A stretch of 32,000 nt of DNA. Origin: Cupriavidus necator (GTDB lineage: Bacteria; Pseudomonadota; Gammaproteobacteria; Burkholderiales; Burkholderiaceae). The notes beneath the pieces were generated by a model. The model searched no databases and had not been told where the DNA came from. It saw only the letters and a list, made by a program, of their open reading frames with translations. Positions 1 through 9,743 of this stretch are shown here, in pieces. Location of the stretch: the NCBI RefSeq assembly GCF_016127575.1, contig NZ_CP066018.1:630001-662000 (forward strand), given 5' to 3'. Position numbers and translations under genes: made by a program. Position 1 is the stretch's first letter, and each line of letters starts with the position of its first letter.

Positions 1-105
1 GTTATTTTTCTGAAGCGCGTATTTTATGCGATTCGCTTCATACCATAAACGACTTTTTACCGATGTCTTTATACGTTCCCGGCATATAAGGGGCAAAAAA
101 GTCGA

Positions 106-915
106 TTATGAGCCACGCCAGGACGGCGAACGCTTGTCAATGAAGGCCTGCACCCCCTCCAGCGCCGACTCGTCCATCATGTTGCAGGCCATGGTCTGGC
201 CGGCCAGCTGGTAGGCGGCCTCGATGCCCATTTCCAGCTGGCGGTAGAACAGACACTTGCCGGCGGCCACCGCGGCGGCCGGCTTGGCGCAGATGCTGGC
301 GGCCAGGCGCGCCACCTCTTCGTCGAGCTGGCCAGCGGGCACCACCCGGTTCACCAGCCCGCGCTCACGGGCGGTTTCGGCGTCGATCATGTCGCCGGTC
401 AGCAGCATCTCCATCGCCTGCTTGCGGTGCAGGTTGCGCGACAACGCCACCCCGGGCGTCGAGCAGAACAGGCCCAGGTTGACGCCGGACACCGCAAAGC
501 GCGCATCGTCGGCGGCCACCGCAAGGTCGCACATGGCCACCAGCTGGCAGCCCGCCGCCGTGGCGATGCCCTGCACGCGCGCAAGCACCGGCTGCGGCAT
601 CTTCTGGATCGCCATCATCATGCGCGTGCAGCGGTCGAACAGGCGCCGGTAGTAGTCGTGCGACGGCGAGGCCCGCATCTCGCGCAGGTCGTGCCCGGCG
701 CAGAAGGCCTTGCCGGCGCCGGCCAGCACCACCACGCGCACGGTATGGTCCGACGCCAGCCGGCCGAGGGCTTCGGTCAGCGCGTCGAGCAGCCCTTCTG
801 ACAGTGCATTGAACGCCTGCGGCCGATTCATGGTCAGCCGCACCACGCCCGCGGTGTCGCGCGATTCGGTCAGCAGCGGCGCGTCCACGCGCGCATCGGT
901 CTCGGCCATGGCCAT
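106..915 (-). CDS. enoyl-CoA hydratase/isomerase (crotonase) family protein
   Basis: 269-aa ORF with a crotonase-like core (VVVLAGAGKAFCAGHDLREM, MPQPVLARVQGIATAAGCQLV). An AGGAG lies on the minus strand just upstream and overlaps the stop codon of the upstream gene. The start may be the ATG at 915 or the one at 909, which has better SD spacing. Confidence 0.85.
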   Translation of the reverse strand: MAMAETDARVDAPLLTESRDTAGVVRLTMNRPQAFNALSEGLLDALTEALGRLASDHTVRVVVLAGAGKAFCAGHDLREMRASPSHDYYRRLFDRCTRMMMAIQKMPQPVLARVQGIATAAGCQLVAMCDLAVAADDARFAVSGVNLGLFCSTPGVALSRNLHRKQAMEMLLTGDMIDAETARERGLVNRVVPAGQLDEEVARLAASICAKPAAAVAAGKCLFYRQLEMGIEAAYQLAGQTMACNMMDESALEGVQAFIDKRSPSWRGS

Positions 916-921
916 GCTCTC

Positions 922-1845
922 CTATCGTTCCAGCAGCACCTTCAGGTGCGCCAGCACGCTGCGGCCCAGCGCGCTCAGGTTGTAGCCCCCCTCCAGGCAG
1001 CTGACGATGCGGCCCTGCGCATGGGCGCGCGCAACGTCCACCAGCTGGCCGGTGATCCAGGCGTAGTCCTGCTCCACCAGGCCCATCTGGCCCAGGTCGT
1101 CCTCGCGGTGCGCGTCAAAGCCGGCGGAGATAAACAGCATCTGCGGGCGGAACTCATTGAGCCGCGGCAGCCAGATGGTCTCGACCACTTCGCGCACGGC
1201 CATGCCGTTGGTATAGGCCGGCAGCGGTATGTTGACCATATTGGGCGCGAGATGCTCGGTGCCGCTGTACGGATAGAACGGGTGCTGGAAAATGCTGCAC
1301 ATCATCACCTGCTCGTCGCCGCGGAATGCCGCTTCGGTGCCATTGCCGTGGTGCACGTCGAAATCGATGATGGCCACGCGCTCCAGCCCGTGCGCCCGCA
1401 GCGCGTGGCGCGCGGCGATGGCGACGTTGTTGTAGAAGCAGAAGCCCATGGCGCGGTCGGGCTCGGCGTGGTGGCCGGGCGGGCGCACGCAGCAGAACGC
1501 GTTTTCGAACTCGCCGGCGATCACCGCATCGGTGGCCGCCACCGCCGCGCCCGCGGCCAGCGTGGCGGCGGCAAGCGTGTGCGAGTTCATCGAGGTATCC
1601 GGATCGATCGCGTGATAGCCGCTGGCCGGGCTGGCGCGTTCGAGTGAATCGACATAGTCGGGCCGGTGCACGCGCTCAAGCTGCTCGCGCGTGGCGGGCG
1701 GGGCTTCGCGGCGCTCCAGCAGCCCGTCCAGGCCGTGCGAAATCAGGTGATCCTCGATCGCCTGAAGGCGTTCCGGGCACTCCGGATGGAAATGCCCCAT
1801 CTCGTGCCGCTGGAACTCGGGGTGCGTGTAATAGCCTGTCGGCAT
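922..1845 (-). CDS. histone deacetylase-family (acetoin utilization / acetylpolyamine amidohydrolase-like) deacetylase
   Basis: 307-aa ORF with the HDAC-fold motifs IIDFDVHHGNGTE, PPGHHA and LEGGYN. It ends 6 bp upstream of the crotonase gene, so the two are probably co-transcribed. Confidence 0.85.
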   Translation of the reverse strand: MPTGYYTHPEFQRHEMGHFHPECPERLQAIEDHLISHGLDGLLERREAPPATREQLERVHRPDYVDSLERASPASGYHAIDPDTSMNSHTLAAATLAAGAAVAATDAVIAGEFENAFCCVRPPGHHAEPDRAMGFCFYNNVAIAARHALRAHGLERVAIIDFDVHHGNGTEAAFRGDEQVMMCSIFQHPFYPYSGTEHLAPNMVNIPLPAYTNGMAVREVVETIWLPRLNEFRPQMLFISAGFDAHREDDLGQMGLVEQDYAWITGQLVDVARAHAQGRIVSCLEGGYNLSALGRSVLAHLKVLLER

Positions 1846-1994
1846 CTCTTATCGTCGCGATGTTGTCTCCAATCGCTACGTTAGCACACGCCAGCCCAAG
1901 CCACCCAGCGGCGCCGGCGCGCCATCTCGTGACGACTTGCCGGCAGTTGCCGCAGTGGCATCCGCTATACTCGGTGCGACTTGCAAAGGACATC

Positions 1995-3101
1995 ATGACC
2001 GACACCCAGCGCTCACTGCGACGCCCCCTGCTGGGCGCCGCGCTTTCCGCTGCCGCACTCGGACTCTGCGGCCTCTCCCCCAGCCTGCTCGCCGCGGGCA
2101 AGCGCCGCGTCAGCATGCGCGAGGAAGAGATCGAACCCGGCCGCTACCGCGACAATCCGCAGACCCGCGCATTTATCGACGAGATGGTGGCCCGCCACCG
2201 CCTTGACCGTGGCATGCTGCAGGAGTGGTTTGGCCAGGCGGTCTATTCCGCCACCGTGGTGCGTCTGATCATGCCGCCCGCCACCACCGGCCGCAAAAGC
2301 TGGCGCACCTACCGCTCGCGCTTTATCGAGCCGATCCGCATCAACGCGGGCGTGCGCTTCTGGCAGGACAACCGCGACACGCTGCGCCGCGCCGAAGCCG
2401 AGTTCGGCGTGCCGGCATCGGTCATCGTCGGCATCATCGGCGTGGAAACCATCTATGGCCGCGACATGGGCACCTTCCGCGTGCTCGATTCGCTGTCCAC
2501 GCTCGCCTTCGACTACCCGGACACGCCCAACCGCGAAGCCCGCACCACGCTGTTCCGCAACCAGCTGGCCGACTACCTGCTGTGGTGCCGCGACACCCGC
2601 ACCGACGTGTACTCGGTGCTGGGCTCCTTCGCGGGCGCGATCGGCATCCCGCAGTTCATGCCGACCAGCCTGCGCGAATACGCCATCGACTACGACAACA
2701 ACGGCCGCATCGACCTGCGCAACAGCCCTACCGACGCCATCGGCAGTGTCGCGCGCTTCCTGCAGCTGCACGGCTGGGAGCCGGGCCGCCCGGTGGTGTG
2801 GCGCATTGCCGGCGACGCCGGCAGCCTGGGTATCGCCACCGCCGCGGCCGACGGTGAGCCGTGGCCCACGCGCACGCTCAACCAGCTGACCCGCGCCGGC
2901 CTGCGCGTGGACGAGCCGATCGACCCCGCGCGCGAAGGCGAGACTGGCGTGCTGGTGGTGGACTTGCCCACCCCCGACCAGCCGACCGAGTACCTGCTCG
3001 GCCTGCGCAACTTCTACGTGCTGACGCGCTACAACCGCAGCTTCTTCTATGCGCTGGCGGTGTACCAGCTGGGCGAGGCGGTCAAGGCGGCGATGGGCTG
3101 A
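1995..3101 (+). CDS. mltB: lytic murein transglycosylase B family protein
   Basis: The ORF track gives 1644..3101, but its first 117 codons overlap the HDAC gene. The ATG at 1995 follows AAGGA (1986-1990) and opens an N-terminal signal-like segment (RRPLLGAALSAAALGLCG). MltB-type motifs are present: GIIGVETIYGR (catalytic Glu region), GAIGIPQFMPTS and YNRSFFYA. Confidence 0.85.
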   Translation: MTDTQRSLRRPLLGAALSAAALGLCGLSPSLLAAGKRRVSMREEEIEPGRYRDNPQTRAFIDEMVARHRLDRGMLQEWFGQAVYSATVVRLIMPPATTGRKSWRTYRSRFIEPIRINAGVRFWQDNRDTLRRAEAEFGVPASVIVGIIGVETIYGRDMGTFRVLDSLSTLAFDYPDTPNREARTTLFRNQLADYLLWCRDTRTDVYSVLGSFAGAIGIPQFMPTSLREYAIDYDNNGRIDLRNSPTDAIGSVARFLQLHGWEPGRPVVWRIAGDAGSLGIATAAADGEPWPTRTLNQLTRAGLRVDEPIDPAREGETGVLVVDLPTPDQPTEYLLGLRNFYVLTRYNRSFFYALAVYQLGEAVKAAMG

Positions 3102-3120
3102 CGCCAGCTGCCCGCCAAAG

Positions 3121-3154
3121 CAAGAAAGGCCTCGCATTTGCGAGGCCTTTCTTG
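3121..3154. terminator. bidirectional hairpin between the convergent genes mltB and cysM
   Basis: The arms caagaaaggcctcgca (3121-3136) and tgcgaggcctttcttg (3139-3154) form a perfect 16-bp inverted repeat. The stem ends are A/T-rich on both strands. Confidence 0.6.
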
Positions 3155-3170
3155 TTGGCACCGGTTCAGG

Positions 3171-4073
3171 TCACGCCGGGAACACGCCGGTCGACAGGTA
3201 GCGGTCGCCGCGGTCGCACACAACGAACACGATGGTGGCGTTCTCCACTTCCTCGGCAATGCGCAGCGCCACGCAGAGCGCGCCCGCGGCCGAAATGCCG
3301 CAGAAGATGCCCTCTTCGGACGCCATGCGCCGCGCCATGTGCTCGGCATCGCCCTGGCTCACCGGCTCGGTGCGGTCGATGTAGCTGGCATCGTAGATCT
3401 TGGGCAGATACGCCTCGGGCCACTTGCGGATGCCCGGGATGCGCGAGCCTTCGGCCGGCTGCGCGCCGATGACCTGGATCTCCGGGTTCTGTTCCTTCAG
3501 GTAGCGCGACACGCCGGTAATGGTGCCGGTGGTGCCCATCGCCGAAACGAAGTGGGTGATGCGGCCGTCGGTATCGCGCCAGATCTCCGGCCCGGTGCCC
3601 TCGTAGTGCGCCTGCGGGTTGTCCGGGTTGGCGAACTGGTCGAGGATCACGCCCTTGCCATCGCGCTCCATCGAATCCGCCAGGTCGCGGGCGTACTCCA
3701 TGCCGCCCTTGACCGGGGTCAGGATGATCTCGGCACCGTAGGCCGCCATGCTCTGGCGGCGTTCGAGGCTCAGGTCCTCGGGCATGATCAGCACCATCTT
3801 GTAGCCGCGGATGGCGGCCGCCATGGCCAGCGCGATGCCGGTATTGCCGGAAGTCGCCTCGATCAGGGTGTCGCCCGGCTTGATGCGCCCGCGCGCCTCG
3901 GCCCGGGCGATCATCGACACCGCGGGGCGGTCCTTGACCGAACCGGCCGGGTTGTTGCCTTCGAGCTTGCCGAGGATCACATTGCCGCGCGCGTCGTTGG
4001 CGGCACCGGGGATGCGCTGCAGTCTGACCAGCGGCGTATTGCCGATGGTGTCTTCAATTGTCTTGTAGGCCAT
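3171..4073 (-). CDS. cysM: cysteine synthase B (O-acetylserine sulfhydrylase B)
   Basis: Strong resemblance to E. coli CysM along the whole length: KLEGNNPAGSVKDR, IEATSGNTGIALA, GIRKWP and CDRGDRYLSTGVF. I chose the ATG at 4073 (MAYKTIEDTIGNTPL); the track ORF begins at a TTG at 4103. Confidence 0.85.
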   Translation of the reverse strand: MAYKTIEDTIGNTPLVRLQRIPGAANDARGNVILGKLEGNNPAGSVKDRPAVSMIARAEARGRIKPGDTLIEATSGNTGIALAMAAAIRGYKMVLIMPEDLSLERRQSMAAYGAEIILTPVKGGMEYARDLADSMERDGKGVILDQFANPDNPQAHYEGTGPEIWRDTDGRITHFVSAMGTTGTITGVSRYLKEQNPEIQVIGAQPAEGSRIPGIRKWPEAYLPKIYDASYIDRTEPVSQGDAEHMARRMASEEGIFCGISAAGALCVALRIAEEVENATIVFVVCDRGDRYLSTGVFPA

Positions 4074-4208
4074 GGAGCGAGGGGTCGCGAAAGGGGGTCG
4101 CAAACGGGGGATTCCAATTCGCCGGCCATTGTAATCCAGACACCTATCCCTCGCCGGCAGGCGGGATTTACGCTGCCACCCGCCCGCCTGCGCCCATCCT
4201 GCCCTGGC

Positions 4209-5510
4209 TCAGCCCTCTTCGTGGTTGCCTTCGCCCAACAGGTGGTACAGCAGGATGCAGCCGAAGGTGGCAGTCCCGATGCCGCCCAGCGTCATGCCGC
4301 CCAGTTTCAGCGTCAGGTCGCCGGCGGCCACCGTCAGCGTGGCGCCAACCGTGATCAGGTTGCGCGAGCTGGAGAAGTCCACCTTGTTCTGCACCCAGAT
4401 CCGGCCCGCCGTCGCCGCGATCAGGCCGAACACGACGATGGTCAGCCCGCCGATCACCGGACCCGGGATGGTCAGGATCAGCGCACCGAACTTGGGCGAG
4501 AAGCCCAGCAGGATGGCCACCGCGGCCGCGACCACGAAGATCAGCGTCGAGTAGATCTTGGTGACCGCCATCACGCCCATGTTCTCGGCATAAGTGGTCA
4601 CGCCGGTGCCGCCGCCGCTGGCCGACAGCATGGTCGCGATGCCGTCGCCGATGAAGGCACGGCCGATATACGGGTCCAGGTTGCGCCCGGTCATCACGCC
4701 GATGGCCTTGATATGACCCAGGTTCTCCGCCACCAGCACAATCGCCACCGGGGCGATCAGCAGCATGGCGCTGAGCTCGAAGGTCGGCGCCGTGAACGCC
4801 GGCAGCCCGAACCAGCTGGCCGCTGCCACGCTGGAGAAGTCGATCGGCTTGCCCAGCCCCATCACATTGGTGCCCAGGTAGTAGGCGAGGTAGCCGGCCA
4901 GGCCGCCGATCAGCACCGGCAGGCGCCCGATCATGCCGGGCGCACGCACCGCCACCAGCCCCACGGCCACCACCGTCAGCAGGCCCACCCAGGTATCGAG
5001 GGCCGCCCCGCTGACCGCCTTGACCGCTACCGGGGCCAGGTTCAGCCCGATCGCCGCGACGATGGCGCCGGTCACCACCGGCGGCATCAGCTTTTCGACC
5101 CAGGCGTAGCCCACCGCCTGCACGATCAGGCCGATCACCGTGTACAGCGCGCCGGCGGCGATGATGCCGCCCAGTGCCACCGGGATATTGAGGTTGGGGC
5201 CGCTGCCCGCGTAGCCGGTGGCGGCGATCACCACGGCGATGAAAGCGAAGCTGGAGCCAAGATAGCTCGGCACCCGCCCGCGCACGCACAGGAAGAAGAT
5301 CAGCGTGCCGATGCCGGAAAACAGGATGGCGATATTCGGGTTGAAACCCATCAGGATCGGTGCAATGGCGGTCGAGCCGAACATCGCCACCACGTGCTGG
5401 ATGCCGGCCAGCAGCGTCTGCCCGGCGGGCAGCCGCTCATCCGGCCCGATCACACCTTCGGTCTTGAGCCGCCACTGCGGCAGGAATCCCGCGTCCTCGC
5501 CATTCGCCAT
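4209..5510 (-). CDS. NCS2-family nucleobase permease, UraA/PyrP-like uracil permease
   Basis: Polytopic membrane protein closely matching UraA blocks: IQHVVAMFGST, GIGTLIFFLCVRGRVPSYLGSSFAFI and TTYAENMGVMAVTKIYS. I chose the ATG at 5510 (MANGED...), preceded by GGGAGC; the track ORF extends to 5639. Confidence 0.85.
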   Translation of the reverse strand: MANGEDAGFLPQWRLKTEGVIGPDERLPAGQTLLAGIQHVVAMFGSTAIAPILMGFNPNIAILFSGIGTLIFFLCVRGRVPSYLGSSFAFIAVVIAATGYAGSGPNLNIPVALGGIIAAGALYTVIGLIVQAVGYAWVEKLMPPVVTGAIVAAIGLNLAPVAVKAVSGAALDTWVGLLTVVAVGLVAVRAPGMIGRLPVLIGGLAGYLAYYLGTNVMGLGKPIDFSSVAAASWFGLPAFTAPTFELSAMLLIAPVAIVLVAENLGHIKAIGVMTGRNLDPYIGRAFIGDGIATMLSASGGGTGVTTYAENMGVMAVTKIYSTLIFVVAAAVAILLGFSPKFGALILTIPGPVIGGLTIVVFGLIAATAGRIWVQNKVDFSSSRNLITVGATLTVAAGDLTLKLGGMTLGGIGTATFGCILLYHLLGEGNHEEG

Positions 5511-5747
5511 ATTGTTCTGCTCCCTGTGGTCCGGGCTGGCCGCCTGGTCGGCGGCCGCCGCGTTTGTGCCTGGTTGTTTGGTAGATGCGTGCCTGTCGGC
5601 AGTCACGCGCGGCAGATCCTGCCGGCGCGGCGTCCGCATGATACTCCGCCGCCACGGGGCGTGCGAAGCGGCAAGGGTCTAGCACAACCCATACCAGCAA
5701 GGAGAGCGCCCGGCCACGTGGCAGCCGGGCGCCAGCCCCTGCGCCTG

Positions 5748-6116
5748 CTAGCGCGCCGGCTTGGTGGCCGCCGCGGGCGCTGCCTTGGCGGCCTTGGCCG
5801 GGGCCGCTGCTGCGGCTCCCTTCGGGCCAATGGCGAGGCCAGCGTCCTGCAGCTTCGCCACGGACTTCGGCCCGATGCCGCTGACGCGCTCGGCCAGGTC
5901 CGCGGCGTCCTTGTAGGGCCCACGCTTGTTGCGTTCGTCGATGATGTTGCGGGCGGTGGCGGCTCCCACGCCCTTGACCGAGGTCAGCGCCGCCTCGTCC
6001 GCCGTGTTGACATCGATGGCGGCATGCGCGGCACCGCCTGCGAACAGGCAGATGGTTGCAGCAAGGAATACCAGGGAAAAACGCCGGGCAAGTTGCCGGA
6101 CCCAATGCTTGAACAT
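5748..6116 (-). CDS. ComEA-like helix-hairpin-helix DNA-binding protein with an N-terminal signal/anchor
   Basis: 122 aa with a hydrophobic N-terminus, then the HhH motifs IDVNTADEAALTSVKGVGAATARNII and VSGIGPKSVAKL. A strong SD (AAGGAGAG) lies upstream of the ATG at 6116. The C-terminal tail is Ala/Lys/Pro-rich. Confidence 0.75.
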   Translation of the reverse strand: MFKHWVRQLARRFSLVFLAATICLFAGGAAHAAIDVNTADEAALTSVKGVGAATARNIIDERNKRGPYKDAADLAERVSGIGPKSVAKLQDAGLAIGPKGAAAAAPAKAAKAAPAAATKPAR

Positions 6117-6215
6117 GAAGGCTCTCCTTTCCTGTGGATGGTCTGAGGTACCACCCCCGCCGGGGCGGCGAGGTCAGGTCAGGATAGGGGCGGGCCGCAG
6201 CGGCGGCCCATGCGG

Positions 6216-6258
6216 CAACAAAAGTTGACACCGGCCGCACGAAAGCGTGTCGGCCGGC
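6216..6258 (-). terminator. probable intrinsic terminator downstream of hldD
   Basis: The arms at 6231-6241 and 6246-6257 form an 11-bp GC-rich stem with one bulge and an AAAG loop. On the minus strand the stem is followed by tgtcaacttttgttg. Confidence 0.45.
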
Positions 6259-6271
6259 TGCGCGCCGATTG

Positions 6272-7267
6272 TCAGCCGGCGCGTTCGATCAGCCAGCGGC
6301 AGTAGCGCGCCACGCCTTCCTCGACGCTCAGGAACGGCTCGCTGTAGCCGGCGCTGCGCAGCTTCGACACATCCGACTGCGTAAAGCACTGGTACTTGCC
6401 GCGCAGCGCATCGGGGAACTTGACGTACTCGAGCAGGCCTTCCTGCACCAGTTCATCGAGCGACAGGCGCGGCTTGCCTTCGGCCTCGCGCAGGGTATTG
6501 ACCACGGTGGCGGCGATGTCGTTGAACGGCTGCGCGCGGCCGGTGCCGAGATTGAAGATGCCGGACTTGTCCGGATGGTCGAAGAAGTGCAGGTTGACCT
6601 TGACCACGTCCTCGACCGAGATAAAGTCGCGGCTCTGCATGCCGGGGGCATAGCCACCGTACTCGCCGAACAGCTTCACCGTGCCGTCGGCGCGGAACTG
6701 GTTGAAGTTGTGGAAGGCGACCGAGGCCATGCGGCCCTTGTGCGTTTCACGCGGGCCGTACACGTTGAAGTAGCGGAAGCCCACGATCTGCGACAGCGCC
6801 GACGGCAGCCGGCGCCGCACGATCTGGTCGAACAGGAACTTGGAGTAGCCGTACACGTTCAGCGGGCGCTCAAACTCGCGGTCTTCGCGGAACACCTGCG
6901 AAGCACCGTAGGTAGCCGCCGACGACGCATACAGGAACTGCGTGCCCTGTTCCAGGCAGCTCTCCATCAGCGACAGCGTGTAACGGTAGTTGTTCTCCAT
7001 CATGTAACGGCCGTCGGTCTCCATGGTGTCGGAGCACGCGCCCTCATGGAATACCGCCCGCACCTTGCCGAACTCGCCGCGGGCAAAGCGCGCGAGGAAG
7101 TCCTGCTTGTCCAGGTAGTCGGAGATCTCGCAGTCGACCAGGTTGTGGAACTTGTCGGCACGGGTCAGGTTGTCGACAGCGATGACGTTGGTCTCGCCGC
7201 GGTCGTTCAGGCCTTTGACGAGGTTGCTGCCGATAAAGCCAGCGGCGCCGGTGACGATGATGGTCAT
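6272..7267 (-). CDS. hldD: ADP-L-glycero-D-manno-heptose 6-epimerase
   Basis: The ATG at 7267 gives [21 protein letters not shown] (Rossmann GxxGxxG), with downstream SDR-epimerase blocks YGYSK and [11 protein letters not shown]. The track ORF has a 49-codon spurious extension overlapping hldA. Confidence 0.9.
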   Translation of the reverse strand: MTIIVTGAAGFIGSNLVKGLNDRGETNVIAVDNLTRADKFHNLVDCEISDYLDKQDFLARFARGEFGKVRAVFHEGACSDTMETDGRYMMENNYRYTLSLMESCLEQGTQFLYASSAATYGASQVFREDREFERPLNVYGYSKFLFDQIVRRRLPSALSQIVGFRYFNVYGPRETHKGRMASVAFHNFNQFRADGTVKLFGEYGGYAPGMQSRDFISVEDVVKVNLHFFDHPDKSGIFNLGTGRAQPFNDIAATVVNTLREAEGKPRLSLDELVQEGLLEYVKFPDALRGKYQCFTQSDVSKLRSAGYSEPFLSVEEGVARYCRWLIERAG

Positions 7268-7295
7268 GGTCGGATCAGGATGGGGGCGCCACGCC

Positions 7296-8243
7296 TCACG
7301 GGGCGGCGCCGAACAATTCAGAATAAGAGACGACGGCGGTACCAAGCTTGCCCACCACGATGGCGCCGGCACGATTGGCATGCTGCACGGCTTCCTTGAG
7401 CGGCACGCCGGCACCCAGCATGGTGGCGAGCGTGGCGATCACGGTATCGCCCGCACCCGATACATCATAGACCTCGCGCGCCTGGGCGGAGACGTGCAGC
7501 ACCTCGGCCTCGGTGTAGAGCGTCATGCCCTCTTCCGAGCGCGTCAGCAACAGCGCCTCCAGCTGCAGCCCGCGGCGCAGGTTCTGCGCGCGGATGGTCA
7601 GGTCGGCCTCGGTCTTCCAGGCGCCGACCACGGCACGCATCTCGGCCCGGTTGGGGGTGATCAGGGTGGCGCCGCGGTAGCGCGAGTAGTCGTCGCCCTT
7701 GGGATCGATCAGCACCTTGCGCCCGGCCGCGCGGCTGGCGTCGATCATGCGCGTGACGTGGGTCAGACCGCCTTTGCCGTAATCGGACAGCACCAGCACC
7801 TGGTAGTCGTTGATCAGGGCCAGGAAGCGGTCCTGTACCGCGGCCAGCACTTCATGCGCCGGCGCGCTCTCGAAATCCACGCGCAGCAACTGCTGCTGGT
7901 GCGCCACCACGCGCAGCTTGATGGTGGTGTTGAGCTTGGGATCGCGGTGCAGGTAGGGCTGCACATGGCTCTCGCCCAGCAGCGCTTCAAGCGTGCGGGC
8001 CGGCTCGTCGTCGCCGACCACGCCCAGCATGCCCACGCGTGCGCCCAGTGCCGCGGCATTGCGGGCCACGTTGGCGGCGCCGCCCAGGCGCTCGTCGCTG
8101 CGCTTGACCTGGACCACCGGCACCGGTGCTTCCGGCGAGATGCGCTCCACATCGCCGAACCAGTAGCGGTCCAGCATCATGTCGCCGACCACCAGGATAT
8201 GGGACTGCCGGATCTGCTCCTGCGGAATGACGGTCTTGTTCAT
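7296..8243 (-). CDS. hldA: D-glycero-beta-D-manno-heptose-7-phosphate kinase (stand-alone RfaE domain I)
   Basis: PfkB-type sugar kinase resembling the HldE N-terminal domain: [27 protein letters not shown] and [12 protein letters not shown]. The ATG at 8243 is preceded by AAGGA. No adenylyltransferase domain is attached. Confidence 0.85.
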   Translation of the reverse strand: MNKTVIPQEQIRQSHILVVGDMMLDRYWFGDVERISPEAPVPVVQVKRSDERLGGAANVARNAAALGARVGMLGVVGDDEPARTLEALLGESHVQPYLHRDPKLNTTIKLRVVAHQQQLLRVDFESAPAHEVLAAVQDRFLALINDYQVLVLSDYGKGGLTHVTRMIDASRAAGRKVLIDPKGDDYSRYRGATLITPNRAEMRAVVGAWKTEADLTIRAQNLRRGLQLEALLLTRSEEGMTLYTEAEVLHVSAQAREVYDVSGAGDTVIATLATMLGAGVPLKEAVQHANRAGAIVVGKLGTAVVSYSELFGAAP

Positions 8244-8323
8244 GAAGATCCTTGGCAATATCGCGCCGGCCGCGGCCGCCGCGTTAGCTTATCGGTTGAT
8301 GAGTCCGTTGACCCGCCGGCGCC

Positions 8324-9706
8324 TCATTCGTTCACGGCCTGCCGGGTCGGGCGGCCGATGGCGTGGTACTCCACGCCGGTCTCGACCATGGCCTCAGGCT
8401 CATACAGGTTGCGCCCGTCGAAGACCACCGGGGCCTTCAGGCGCCGCTTGATCTGACCGAAGTCTGGGCTGCGGAACACCTTCCATTCAGTCACGATCAC
8501 CAGCGCGTCGGCGCCGTCCAGCGCATCCATCTGGTTCTCGTGGAAACTCACGCGCGCGGCGCCGCCCGGCAGGTCGGCCAGGTCGGCATCCAGCACGCGC
8601 CGGGCTTCGGCCATCGACACCGGGTCGTGCATGCGCAGCGACGCGCCGCGCGACACCAGTTCGCGTGCCAGCACCCGCGACGGTGCCTCGCGCATGTCGT
8701 CGGTGTTGGGCTTGAAGGCCAGGCCCCACACCGCAAAGGTGCGGCCAGTCAGGTCATCGCCGAAGCGGCGCACGACCTTGTCGCCCAGCACGCGCTTCTG
8801 TGCGCCGTTGACCGATTCCACCGCTTCCAGCACGCGCATCGGCTTGCCATGGTCGGCGGCGGTGCGCATCAGCGCCTGCACGTCCTTGGGGAAGCATGAA
8901 CCGCCATAGCCGGCGCCGGCATACAGGAAGCTGTAGCCGATGCGCGGGTCCGATCCGATGCCCATGCGCACCAGTTCGATATCGGCGCCGACCTCGTCGG
9001 CCAGGTTGGCCAGCTCGTTCATGAACGAGATGCGCGTGGCCAGCATCGAATTGGCGGCGTATTTGGTGAACTCGGCCGAGCGCACGTCCATGTAGAAGGT
9101 GCGCTCGTGGTGCCGGTTGAACGGCGCGTAAAGCTGGCGCATGGTGGCCTGCGCGTGGCGGCCGGCGACGTCGGCGTTGCAGCCCAGCACGATGCGGTCC
9201 GGGCGCATGAAGTCCTCGACCGCGGCGCCCTCCTTCAGGAACTCGGGGTTCGACACCACCGAGAACTGCAGGTCTTCCAGGCTGCGCGCGGCCAGCTCCG
9301 CGCGGATCGTGGCGGCCACGCGGTCGCCGGTGCCAACCGGCACGGTGGACTTGTCGACCACGACCTTGAAGCCGGTCATATGGCGGCCGATATTGCGCGC
9401 CGCCGCCAACACGTACTTCAGGTCGGCAGAGCCGTCTTCGTCCGGGGGCGTGCCCACGGCGATGAACTGCACGTCGGCGTGCTCGACGCTGGCCGCCACG
9501 TCGGTGGAAAAGGTCAGCCGCCCGGCGGCCCGGTTGCGCTGGATCAGCTCCTGCAGGCCCGGCTCGTAGATCGGCACCCCGCCTGCGTTAAGCAGCGCGA
9601 TCTTCTGCTCGTCCAGGTCCAGGCAGAACACGTCGTTGCCAAGTTCCGCCAGGCAGGCGCCGGTGACAAGGCCGACATAGCCGCTGCCGATGATCGTGAC
9701 TTTCAT
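8324..9706 (-). CDS. ugd: UDP-glucose 6-dehydrogenase
   Basis: 460 aa with [23 protein letters not shown] (NAD-binding), the catalytic Cys block [10 protein letters not shown], and [16 protein letters not shown]. Confidence 0.9.
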   Translation of the reverse strand: MKVTIIGSGYVGLVTGACLAELGNDVFCLDLDEQKIALLNAGGVPIYEPGLQELIQRNRAAGRLTFSTDVAASVEHADVQFIAVGTPPDEDGSADLKYVLAAARNIGRHMTGFKVVVDKSTVPVGTGDRVAATIRAELAARSLEDLQFSVVSNPEFLKEGAAVEDFMRPDRIVLGCNADVAGRHAQATMRQLYAPFNRHHERTFYMDVRSAEFTKYAANSMLATRISFMNELANLADEVGADIELVRMGIGSDPRIGYSFLYAGAGYGGSCFPKDVQALMRTAADHGKPMRVLEAVESVNGAQKRVLGDKVVRRFGDDLTGRTFAVWGLAFKPNTDDMREAPSRVLARELVSRGASLRMHDPVSMAEARRVLDADLADLPGGAARVSFHENQMDALDGADALVIVTEWKVFRSPDFGQIKRRLKAPVVFDGRNLYEPEAMVETGVEYHAIGRPTRQAVNE

Positions 9707-9743
9707 AGCGTCAATTCAATTCTGTTGCACAGGCCGCCCGGGA

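Noticed and set aside
1644-1994. The N-terminal 117 codons of the mltB track ORF
   Set aside because: This part overlaps the 5' end of the HDAC-like gene and the divergent promoter region, and translates to Arg/Ala/Pro-rich sequence. The ATG at 1995 has an SD and starts a proper signal sequence.
3138-6146. A 1002-aa plus-strand ORF spanning the cysM, permease and comEA regions
   Set aside because: It runs exactly antisense to three well-supported minus-strand genes. Its translation is Arg/Gly/His/Asp/Ala-rich low-complexity sequence with no recognisable domain. Stop-free antisense frames are expected in DNA with very high third-position GC.
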